This document shows, in pieces, positions 56,204-64,000 of a stretch of DNA of 64,000 nt. The DNA comes from Cyclobacteriaceae bacterium. Its GTDB lineage: Bacteria; Bacteroidota; Bacteroidia; Cytophagales; Cyclobacteriaceae. Every line of letters begins with the position of its first letter. Within the stretch, counting starts at the first letter, position 1. The DNA is taken from contig JAEUUI010000022.1 in assembly GCA_016786585.1 (NCBI GenBank), positions 7,826 through 71,825 on the forward strand. The letters run 5' to 3'. The notes beneath the pieces are model-generated. The model saw only the letters and a program-made list of their open reading frames with translations, ran no database searches and had not been told where the DNA came from. A program made the position numbers and the translations under genes.

Positions 56204-56869
56204 GTGCTGCAGATTATCACCACCAAAGACGGTTCTGTATCGCTGCTCAACTCAGAGCTAAACGAAACGTATCATTCCATCCATGGCGCACGACAGGAAT
56301 CACTCCATGTGTTTATCCGAAACGGATTGGAATATTTCTCAGCGCAGAATAAAAAAACTCCGGTGCGGATTTTAGAAGTCGGATTTGGCACAGGGCTGAA
56401 CGCACTTCTTTCGGCTACATATGCTGCGGAGCATCGGCTGGGTATTGAATATTCAACACTCGAGGCGTTTCCGATCAACGAAAGCCTTTGGCAACAGTTG
56501 AACTTCGCACAAACAGACGATGAAGCAAAAACTTTTTATAAGCTTCATCATGAGCCATGGGAGCAATGGACGGAAATCGTCCCGGGCTTTATGCTGAAGA
56601 AGATCAATACAACCCTTCAGCTTGCATCACTTGATCATAACTACTTTGATGTTGTTTATTTTGATGCGTTCGCACCGAATAAGCAGCCTGAAATGTGGAA
56701 GTTGCCTATGCTTCAGAAAACAATTGAATCACTTACTCCAAACGGAGTCTTTGTAACGTATTGCGCGAAGGGCCAACTTAAACGTGACTTAGCATCACTT
56801 GGCACCGTTGTTCAAACACTACCGGGCCCTCCCGGCAAGCGCGAAATGATTCGTGCGATTAAAAACTGA
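56204..56869 (+). CDS. mnmD: tRNA (mnm5s2U34) methyltransferase, MnmD-type stand-alone SAM methyltransferase
   Basis: 221 aa with GTG start. TKDGSVSLLNSELNETYHSIHGA...ILEVGFGTGLN...DVVYFDAFAP fits the MnmC C-domain / MnmD family. Confidence 0.78.
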   Translation: MLQIITTKDGSVSLLNSELNETYHSIHGARQESLHVFIRNGLEYFSAQNKKTPVRILEVGFGTGLNALLSATYAAEHRLGIEYSTLEAFPINESLWQQLNFAQTDDEAKTFYKLHHEPWEQWTEIVPGFMLKKINTTLQLASLDHNYFDVVYFDAFAPNKQPEMWKLPMLQKTIESLTPNGVFVTYCAKGQLKRDLASLGTVVQTLPGPPGKREMIRAIKN

Positions 56870-57025
56870 ACATCGCGAATTTCGCACCACTTGAGTGCAA
56901 ACGTTTTCGGGATTATATTCTGTATAAATTATTCTGTTCAAACTAAAATTTTGTCAGAAAACGCGTTGCGTAAAATATTGATCTGTTATTTTTAACTTCT
57001 CAATATTTAATTCTGTCTACTACAG

Positions 57026-60000
57026 ATGAGCAACAACCACGCTAACCGTTCCGGTAAAGGGCTTTACACACCCGAACTTGAACATGATGCTTGCGGCATC
57101 GGCTTCATAGCAAACATTAATGGTTTCAAAACCAATCAGACTCTTTCTGATGCGCTCACCATGCTGGAAAATATGGAGCATCGCGGAGGCAAAGGGGCGA
57201 GTCCTAAAACAGGAGACGGGGCCGGTGTATTGCTACAAATTCCACACGACTTTTTTGTCGAGGAAGCTGCACGATTGAAGTTTACGCTTCCTGCTCCAGG
57301 GTTCTACGGAGCAGGTGTTGTGTTTTTTCCGCGCAACAAAAAAGTAATGAATGCATGTCGCGAGTTATTGCGAAAGAACATCCAGTTGTTGGGCCTCGAT
57401 TTATTGGGATGGAGATCAGTTCCTGTCGACCACAGCATTCCCGGGCCGGGTGCGGCAGAAGTGGAGCCTGTTATCGAACAATTCTTTGTTAAGCCAAAAG
57501 ATGAAGCCCTTGATCCGGATGCGTTCGAGCGCAAGTTGTTTGTGCTGCGAAACTTCACCACGCATTCGGTAACGCGTGAAATAAAAGGAAGCAACAAGGA
57601 ATTTTATATTCCAAGCCTTTCAAGCCGAACGATTATCTATAAAGGTCAGCTTCGTACGGAGCAGCTTCGTGCGTACTTCTATGACCTGCAGGATGCACGA
57701 TTGAAAACTGCACTCGCGCTGGTTCACTCACGCTTTTCTACCAATACGTTTCCGAACTGGAAGCTTGCCCAGCCGTTCCGGTACATCGCACACAACGGTG
57801 AGATTAACACCATTCGCGGTAACGTAAACAAAATGAAATCGAAAGAAGCGTTGTTCAAGTCAACACTTTTTACCGACGAAGAATTAAAGATGCTTTTGCC
57901 GATCACCAATCCCGAAGGTTCGGATTCGGCAAACCTCGATGCTCTTGTTGAAATGCTGGTATTATCGGGAAGAACAATTCCGCACGTGCTGATGATGCTG
58001 GTGCCGGAAGCGTGGCAGGATAACAAACTGATGGACAAACACCGCAAGGCATTCTATAAATATCATGCTTCGATGATGGAGCCATGGGATGGTCCCGCGG
58101 CACTTGTGTTTACAGATGGCTGTCGCATTGGGGCGACACTGGATCGTAATGGCCTGCGTCCGCTGCGCTATTGCGTTACCCGCACCGGCAAAGTGATCGC
58201 TGCATCGGAAGCCGGAGCGTTGCCTGTGAATCCAAAAGAAATTTTGGAGAAAGGCCGCATTACTCCGGGCAAGATGCTGATGGTTGATCTTGAAAAGGGA
58301 AAGGTACTGGGCGATGACGTGGTGAAGCGCACGGTGTATGAAGGCAAGCCGTACTTCGAATGGATTAAAGAAAATCGTTTAAAACTCAGGCTGGAACCTG
58401 AACAGAAGTCGTTCAAGAATGTCTTTGATGCAAAAACACTGTTACAGCGTCAGAACGCTTACGGTTTTACATCAGAAGATTTAAAAACAATTATTACCCC
58501 GATGGCCGCAACCGGGTATGAAGCAATCGGTTCCATGGGCGATGATACTCCGCATGCAGTTCTCTCGAAAGAAAGCCGCCACATCTCGAACTACTTCCGG
58601 CAGCATTTTGCGCAGGTAAGTAATCCGCCAATCGATCCGATCCGTGAACGTTTGGTAATGTCGTTATTTACGCGAATCGGGGTGAGCTTGAATGTGCTGG
58701 AAGAAACGCCTAAACACACGAATCAAATTCACATCGGGCAGCCGGTGTTGCTGAATTCTGATCTGGAGAAACTAAAACATTTACCCGAACACGGCTTTGA
58801 CTACGCGGTAATCAACTCGGTGTTCAAAGCTGATGGAAAGCCCGGTCGCCTGGAAGAGGCAATTAAAAAGATTTGCAACGAAGCTGAAAAGGTTGTTAAA
58901 GAAGGCAAGAAGATTATTGTTATCTCTGATCGTAACATCAATGCCGACTATGCGCCTATTCCATCGTTGCTTGCTATCGGTGCCGTGCATCATTCCCTCG
59001 TTGAAAAAAGATTGCGTGCATTAACCGGCTTGCTCGTTGAAGCGGGCGATGTTTGGGAAGTTCATCACTTCGCCACCATCATCGGGTATGGAGCAAGCGC
59101 TGTCAATCCATACATGGCGTTTGAAACCATTCACCATCTGAATCAACAGGGAGCGTTTAACAAAGAAATCTCAGACGACTACGCATTTGCAAACTATCAG
59201 AAAGCTATCGGCAACGGACTGCTGAAAGTTATGTCGAAGATGGGGATCAGTACGCTGCAGTCGTACCAGTCGTCACAAATCTTTGAAGCGTTGGGTATTG
59301 GCAGCGATGTAGTAGAAAAGTGTTTTCGCGGAACGATCAGTCGCATCGAAGGTATGTCGTTCGATGACCTCGCGAAGGAAGTTCTGGTACGTCATAATCT
59401 GGCGTTTAACAATCCGGGAACTGAATTGCCGGTTGGCGGAATTTATCAGTGGAAACGAAGAGGCGAAAAACACCTCTTCAGCCCTGAGATTATTCACCTG
59501 CTTCAGCACTCAACAAAAAGTAACAATTACGAACTCTATAAAAAGTACGCACAGAAAATCAACAACCTCGCGCAGGATACCATTACGTTCCGCGGATTGT
59601 TTGAATTCAAGAAGCGAAATGCTGTTCCGCTCAGCGAAGTAGAGCCGGTTGAAGAAATTTTTAAGCGCTTTGCCACAGGGGCGATGTCGTTTGGATCAAT
59701 TTCTCATGAAGCTCACACCACGCTGGCTATAGCCATGAACCGGATTGGCGGCAAAAGCAACAGCGGGGAAGGTGGTGAGGATGAAATCCGTTACGAACGA
59801 AAAGAAAATGGAGATTGGGAAAGGTCGGCCATTAAACAGGTTGCTTCCGGGCGTTTTGGTGTAACCAGCTACTATTTAACCAATGCCGAAGAGCTTCAGA
59901 TAAAAATGGCGCAGGGTGCTAAGCCCGGTGAAGGTGGTCAGTTGCCGGGAGATAAAGTTGATGAGTGGATCGGCCGGGTGCGACATTCAACTCCCGGTGT

Positions 60001-61558
60001 CGGATTGATTTCACCTCCGCCACATCACGATATCTATTCGATCGAAGACCTTGCGCAATTGATTTATGATTTGAAAAATGCGAATCGCCAGGCACGTATC
60101 AATGTAAAGCTTGTTTCGCAAGCCGGCGTCGGAACGGTTGCAGCAGGCGTTGCAAAAGCAAAGGCCGATGCAATCCTGATCTCAGGCGGTGATGGTGGCA
60201 CGGGAGCTTCTCCAATCAGTTCGATCCGTCATGCCGGCCTGCCGTGGGAACTTGGTCTTGCGGAAGCGCATCAAACGTTGGTAAAGAATAATCTACGCAA
60301 CCGGGTTACACTTCAAACAGATGGACAAATCCGTACGGGTCGTGATATCGCAATAGCTGCTCTGCTTGGCGCAGAAGAGTGGGGCGTTGCAACGGCAGCA
60401 CTTGTTGTGGAGGGTTGCATCATGATGCGCAAGTGTCATTTGAATACGTGTCCTGTGGGTATCGCTACGCAGGATTCAGAATTGCGTAAGCTCTTCACCG
60501 GAAACCCGGATCATGTAGTCAACTTCTTTACTTTCCTTGCCAATGATTTGCGTGAAGTAATGGCAAGCCTCGGTTTCCGTACAGTGAACGAGATGATTGG
60601 ACGTGCGGATGTTATGCGTGTCCGCCAGGATATCGACCACTGGAAAATCAATAAACTTGATCTTTCACCGGTTCTTCATCGCGAATCAGCGCGTGACAAT
60701 GTCGGACTATTCAAACAAATCGAGCAGGACTTTGAACTTGAAAAAGTTCTCGACTGGAAACTGCTTGAGGCTGCGCGCACAGCATTGGATGAAGGTGAGC
60801 CGGTTCAGGAAAAGTTTGTGATTTGTAATACCGACCGGACAACCGGGGCACTTTTATCGAACGAGATCTCGAAGAAATATAAAGGCAAAGGCCTTCCGGC
60901 TGATACGATCCAATTCTCTTTCAAAGGTTCTGCGGGACAAAGTTTTGGCGCATTTGTCGCACCCGGAGTTACGTTCAGGCTTGAAGGCGAAGCGAACGAT
61001 TATTTCGGAAAGGGATTATCCGGTGGAAAGCTGATTGTTTATCCTGACAAAGAGGCTTCGCTGATGGCGGAAGACAATATCATCATCGGTAACGTTGCAT
61101 TTTACGGAGCTACCTCGGGCGAGGCCTTTATCCGGGGCCAGGCGGGTGAACGTTTCTGCGTGCGTAACTCGGGTGTTAAAGCCGTTGTTGAAGGCGTTGG
61201 CGATCATGCATGCGAATACATGACTGGCGGGCGCGTAGTTGTATTGGGCAAAACAGGCCGAAATTTCGCGGCCGGTATGAGCGGAGGTGTTGCATATGTG
61301 TATGATCCTCAAAACAACCTCGCCAAACTCACCAACCTTGATATGGTTGAACTGGAGAAGGTTCAGTCAGAAGACGAGGCTGAGCTTAAGTCAATGATCA
61401 AACAGCATTACGAATATACCTTGAGCGATCCGGCTGAATGGATCCTGGATAACTGGGCAACCGCATTGCCTTTGTTTATCAAGGTGATGCCGAAGGACTA
61501 CAAGGCCGTACTGCTGAAGCAGAAGAATCAGAAAAAGCAGGAAACAGTTACTGCTTAA
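57026..61558 (+). CDS. gltB: Glutamate synthase large subunit
   Basis: 1510 aa. N-terminal amidotransferase Cys (EHDACGIGF), FMN domain (GEGGEDE...KPGEGGQLPG) and a C-terminal GXGXG beta-helix. Confidence 0.97.
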   Translation: MSNNHANRSGKGLYTPELEHDACGIGFIANINGFKTNQTLSDALTMLENMEHRGGKGASPKTGDGAGVLLQIPHDFFVEEAARLKFTLPAPGFYGAGVVFFPRNKKVMNACRELLRKNIQLLGLDLLGWRSVPVDHSIPGPGAAEVEPVIEQFFVKPKDEALDPDAFERKLFVLRNFTTHSVTREIKGSNKEFYIPSLSSRTIIYKGQLRTEQLRAYFYDLQDARLKTALALVHSRFSTNTFPNWKLAQPFRYIAHNGEINTIRGNVNKMKSKEALFKSTLFTDEELKMLLPITNPEGSDSANLDALVEMLVLSGRTIPHVLMMLVPEAWQDNKLMDKHRKAFYKYHASMMEPWDGPAALVFTDGCRIGATLDRNGLRPLRYCVTRTGKVIAASEAGALPVNPKEILEKGRITPGKMLMVDLEKGKVLGDDVVKRTVYEGKPYFEWIKENRLKLRLEPEQKSFKNVFDAKTLLQRQNAYGFTSEDLKTIITPMAATGYEAIGSMGDDTPHAVLSKESRHISNYFRQHFAQVSNPPIDPIRERLVMSLFTRIGVSLNVLEETPKHTNQIHIGQPVLLNSDLEKLKHLPEHGFDYAVINSVFKADGKPGRLEEAIKKICNEAEKVVKEGKKIIVISDRNINADYAPIPSLLAIGAVHHSLVEKRLRALTGLLVEAGDVWEVHHFATIIGYGASAVNPYMAFETIHHLNQQGAFNKEISDDYAFANYQKAIGNGLLKVMSKMGISTLQSYQSSQIFEALGIGSDVVEKCFRGTISRIEGMSFDDLAKEVLVRHNLAFNNPGTELPVGGIYQWKRRGEKHLFSPEIIHLLQHSTKSNNYELYKKYAQKINNLAQDTITFRGLFEFKKRNAVPLSEVEPVEEIFKRFATGAMSFGSISHEAHTTLAIAMNRIGGKSNSGEGGEDEIRYERKENGDWERSAIKQVASGRFGVTSYYLTNAEELQIKMAQGAKPGEGGQLPGDKVDEWIGRVRHSTPGVGLISPPPHHDIYSIEDLAQLIYDLKNANRQARINVKLVSQAGVGTVAAGVAKAKADAILISGGDGGTGASPISSIRHAGLPWELGLAEAHQTLVKNNLRNRVTLQTDGQIRTGRDIAIAALLGAEEWGVATAALVVEGCIMMRKCHLNTCPVGIATQDSELRKLFTGNPDHVVNFFTFLANDLREVMASLGFRTVNEMIGRADVMRVRQDIDHWKINKLDLSPVLHRESARDNVGLFKQIEQDFELEKVLDWKLLEAARTALDEGEPVQEKFVICNTDRTTGALLSNEISKKYKGKGLPADTIQFSFKGSAGQSFGAFVAPGVTFRLEGEANDYFGKGLSGGKLIVYPDKEASLMAEDNIIIGNVAFYGATSGEAFIRGQAGERFCVRNSGVKAVVEGVGDHACEYMTGGRVVVLGKTGRNFAAGMSGGVAYVYDPQNNLAKLTNLDMVELEKVQSEDEAELKSMIKQHYEYTLSDPAEWILDNWATALPLFIKVMPKDYKAVLLKQKNQKKQETVTA

Positions 61559-61591
61559 TATTTTCAGGTAAAATAACCACACAATAAAGAG

Positions 61592-63058
61592 ATGGGACAA
61601 ACAGACGGATTTATGAAGTTCAACCGCGAGATGCCACAGTCGCGCGATAAAAAGGAACGTCTGAAAGATTATCAGGAAGTGTATACACCGCTTCCGAAAG
61701 AAAAAGTACACCAGCAAAGTGCGCGTTGTATGGATTGCGGTGTTCCGTTTTGTCATAACGGGTGCCCGCTCGGTAATAATATTCCGGATTTCAACGATGC
61801 GGTGTACCAGGGTAAGTGGGAGGAAGCAATCAAAATTCTCAGCAGCACCAATAACTTTCCGGAATTCACCGGAAGGATTTGTCCCGCACCGTGCGAAGCA
61901 AGCTGCGTGCTATCGATTAACAACAAGCCTGTTACAATCGAGTACATCGAGAAAACTATTGCCGAGGTTGCATTCGAGAAAGGCTACATCAAGGCTAACC
62001 CCCCTAAAACCAGAACCGGTAAAAAGGTTGCGGTTGTGGGTTCTGGTCCTGCCGGGCTGGCCGCTGCTGCACAGTTAAACAAAGCCGGGCATGAAGTGAC
62101 GGTATTTGAACGCAATGATCGCATAGGCGGCTTGCTGCGATATGGAATTCCTGACTTCAAGCTCGAAAAGCATGTTGTTGACAGGCGTGTTAAGCTGATG
62201 GAGAAAGAAGGTGTTGTATTCAAAACTAACGCACACATTGGTGTTAATACCAGTGCTAAAAAATTAACGGATGATTTTGATGCCGTGCTGGTGAGTGGTG
62301 GAGCATCGGCACCACGCGATCTTCCGATCCCCGGAAGAAATCTGAAAGGTGTTCACTTTGCAATGGAATTTTTGCCGCAACAGAACAAGCGTGTAGCAGG
62401 CGATAAGCTTAGTGATAACATTCTGGCTACCGGAAAAAATATATTGGTTATTGGTGGCGGTGACACCGGTTCCGATTGCGTTGGCACATCGAATCGCCAT
62501 GGAGCAAAGTCTGTGACACAAATCGAATTGCTGGTTAAACCACCGGTAACACGTACAGCCGAAAATCCCTGGCCACTCTGGCCAATGGTACTGATGACAT
62601 CTTCATCACACGAAGAAGGTTGCGAGCGGCAGTGGTCAATCCTGACAAAGGAATTTACCGGAGATGCAGAGGGAAATCTTACCGGCTTGAAAGTGGTGGA
62701 GATCAAATGGGGACTGAATGCAGCCGGAAAGATGGGTTTTGAAGAAATCCCTGGAACGGAACGTGTTCTTCCATGCGAACTGGCATTATTGGCTATTGGT
62801 TTTGTGGGTGCTGAAAAAACCGGACTTGTTCAGGAACTTGAACTTGAGCTTGATGAACGCGGCAATCTGAAGACAGAAAATTTCATGACCACCCGCGAAG
62901 GTGTTTTTGCTGCCGGCGATATGCGCAGAGGACAATCGTTGGTGGTTTGGGCAATTTCGGAAGGACGCGAAGCTGCCCGCGCGATCGATATGTGGCTGAT
63001 GGGTGAATCGCACCTGGAGACAAAAGACGAGTCGTTCGTTCATCTGGAACGTGACTAA
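61592..63058 (+). CDS. gltD: Glutamate synthase small subunit (NADPH)
   Basis: 488 aa. Fe-S cysteine clusters (CMDCGVPFCHNGCPLGN; CPAPCEASC) and dinucleotide folds VAVVGSGPAGLAAA and VIGGGDTGSDC. Confidence 0.95.
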   Translation: MGQTDGFMKFNREMPQSRDKKERLKDYQEVYTPLPKEKVHQQSARCMDCGVPFCHNGCPLGNNIPDFNDAVYQGKWEEAIKILSSTNNFPEFTGRICPAPCEASCVLSINNKPVTIEYIEKTIAEVAFEKGYIKANPPKTRTGKKVAVVGSGPAGLAAAAQLNKAGHEVTVFERNDRIGGLLRYGIPDFKLEKHVVDRRVKLMEKEGVVFKTNAHIGVNTSAKKLTDDFDAVLVSGGASAPRDLPIPGRNLKGVHFAMEFLPQQNKRVAGDKLSDNILATGKNILVIGGGDTGSDCVGTSNRHGAKSVTQIELLVKPPVTRTAENPWPLWPMVLMTSSSHEEGCERQWSILTKEFTGDAEGNLTGLKVVEIKWGLNAAGKMGFEEIPGTERVLPCELALLAIGFVGAEKTGLVQELELELDERGNLKTENFMTTREGVFAAGDMRRGQSLVVWAISEGREAARAIDMWLMGESHLETKDESFVHLERD

Positions 63059-63101
63059 GTCAATTCTCCGGTCTTTCGGAAATTTTGTATTCTTGTCGTG
63101 A

Positions 63102-63692
63102 TTGTTACAAGTCGCACAGATGCAAAAGCTTTACAAAGAGGGAGAAACGTTTGACCGACTGAATGCTGATGAACCGCTGCTTAAAGGCGAATACGAAAAC
63201 TGTTCTTTTCTTAATTCTGATTTATCGAATCAAGACCTTTCGGGTTTCGTCTTCATCGATTGCCAGTTTCGCGAGTGTAATCTCAGCCTGGCCAAACTCA
63301 ATCAAACTTCTTTCCGCGATGTACAGTTCCTCAACTGCAAGTTGCTTGGGTTGCAGTTCAGCACGTGTAATTCATTGGGAGTATCCTTTTCCTTTACCAA
63401 ATGTGTGCTTGATCATTCGAGCTTCTTCAGAATAAAAATCAAGAAGACAAGCTTTCATAACTGTCAGCTTCATGAGACGGATTTTACAGAGGCTGATTTA
63501 ACGGGTTCCGTGTTTGATTCATGCGATTTGAAAGATGCCGTATTTGAAAATACGTTACTTGAAAAGGTCGATTTCAGAACAGCGGCTAATTATTCTTTTG
63601 ATCCGGAACGAAATTATATAAAGAAAGCCCGATTCTCAGCGAATGGCGTAATCGGTTTGTTAGACAAGTATGACATTTCCATTGAGCCATGA
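63102..63692 (+). CDS. Pentapeptide-repeat protein (Qnr/McbG/MfpA-like fold)
   Basis: 196 aa; the start may be the ATG at 63120. Continuous A(D/N)LxX-type repeats: NSDLSNQDLSGFVFIDCQFRECNLSLAKLNQTSFRDVQF... Confidence 0.85.
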   Translation: MLQVAQMQKLYKEGETFDRLNADEPLLKGEYENCSFLNSDLSNQDLSGFVFIDCQFRECNLSLAKLNQTSFRDVQFLNCKLLGLQFSTCNSLGVSFSFTKCVLDHSSFFRIKIKKTSFHNCQLHETDFTEADLTGSVFDSCDLKDAVFENTLLEKVDFRTAANYSFDPERNYIKKARFSANGVIGLLDKYDISIEP

Positions 63693-64000
63693 CTCCAAGA
63701 ATTGTGCACCTCACGGAAAAGAAGCTTGTCGGCATGCGGGTGTCGATGAGTTTTACTGATAACAAAACCGGACTGCTTTGGCAACGGTTTATGCCAAAGC
63801 GCAGGGAAATCACCAATAACATCTCAGGTGATTTAATCTCCATGCAGATTTATCCGCCAGCGTTCGACTTTAACTCATCTACGCAATTCGAGAAGTGGGC
63901 AGCGGTCGAAGTGACGGATTTTGACCAGGTACCCGAACCGTTGGAAACGTTTGTTCTGTCTGCCGGAACGTACGCGGTGTTCGATTATAAAGGTTCGGGC
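63689..64000 (+). CDS. GyrI-like / AraC effector-binding-domain small-molecule-binding protein; 3' partial at window end
   Basis: My own translation from the ATG at 63689, which overlaps the upstream TGA as ATGA: MTPRIVHLTEKKLVGMRVSMSFTDNKTGLLWQRFMPKRREI...KWAAVEV...VLSAGTYAVFDYKGSG. This pattern is typical of GyrI-like domains. Confidence 0.65.
   Translation, partial: MTPRIVHLTEKKLVGMRVSMSFTDNKTGLLWQRFMPKRREITNNISGDLISMQIYPPAFDFNSSTQFEKWAAVEVTDFDQVPEPLETFVLSAGTYAVFDYKGSG

Noticed and set aside
63059-63101. Terminator after gltD
   Set aside because: Only a 4-5-bp TCCG/CGGA stem could be drawn, which is insufficient.

Overview
The window looks like a Bacteroidota chromosomal segment, probably Cytophagia or Sphingobacteriia-like. 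Supporting signs are a PorW/SprE-like TPR lipoprotein, an atpZ-atpBEFHAG operon without atpDC, a fused E1 alpha/beta dehydrogenase, TAnnTTTG -7 boxes and several Tat/lipoprotein signals. About 85% of it is ordinary core genome at roughly 50% G+C in the lines I counted. Core content:
- a partial PBP1A
- an M23 peptidase plus bactofilin
- the ATP synthase F0/F1 genes
- guaB
- an RsbU/RsbV/RsbW-type partner-switching trio
- three SurA/parvulin-like genes and moxR
- a Tat-signal Fe/Mn SOD
- chrA, osmC, ytxJ
- the fused 2-oxoacid dehydrogenase E1
- an M16 peptidase
- two orphan PAS histidine kinases
- ispF, mnmD, gltBD
- a pentapeptide-repeat gene coupled to a GyrI-like gene

I found no rRNA, tRNA, CRISPR array, transposase or integrase.

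The accessory part lies at about 34-41.5 kb and is visibly AT-richer (about one third G+C in sampled lines). It holds the most unusual signals:
1. A 210-bp direct duplication of the 3' end of a small gene brackets an orphan HExxH lipoprotein gene. The two copies differ at 13 positions, 11 of them synonymous.
2. A perfectly phased array of 11 x 21-bp half-conserved repeats (iteron- or centromere-like) sits in a 555-bp non-coding gap.
3. A reiterated intergenic module of about 60-130 bp carries a Bacteroidetes -7 box and sits between small secreted-protein cassettes.

Outside this region, a 911-aa secreted, extremely basic G/N/S/R-rich protein with eight WNNNGRAIAG-type tandem repeats has no family I recognise.

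All calls come from reading the sequence and the supplied ORF track. No database search was run, so product names are motif-based.
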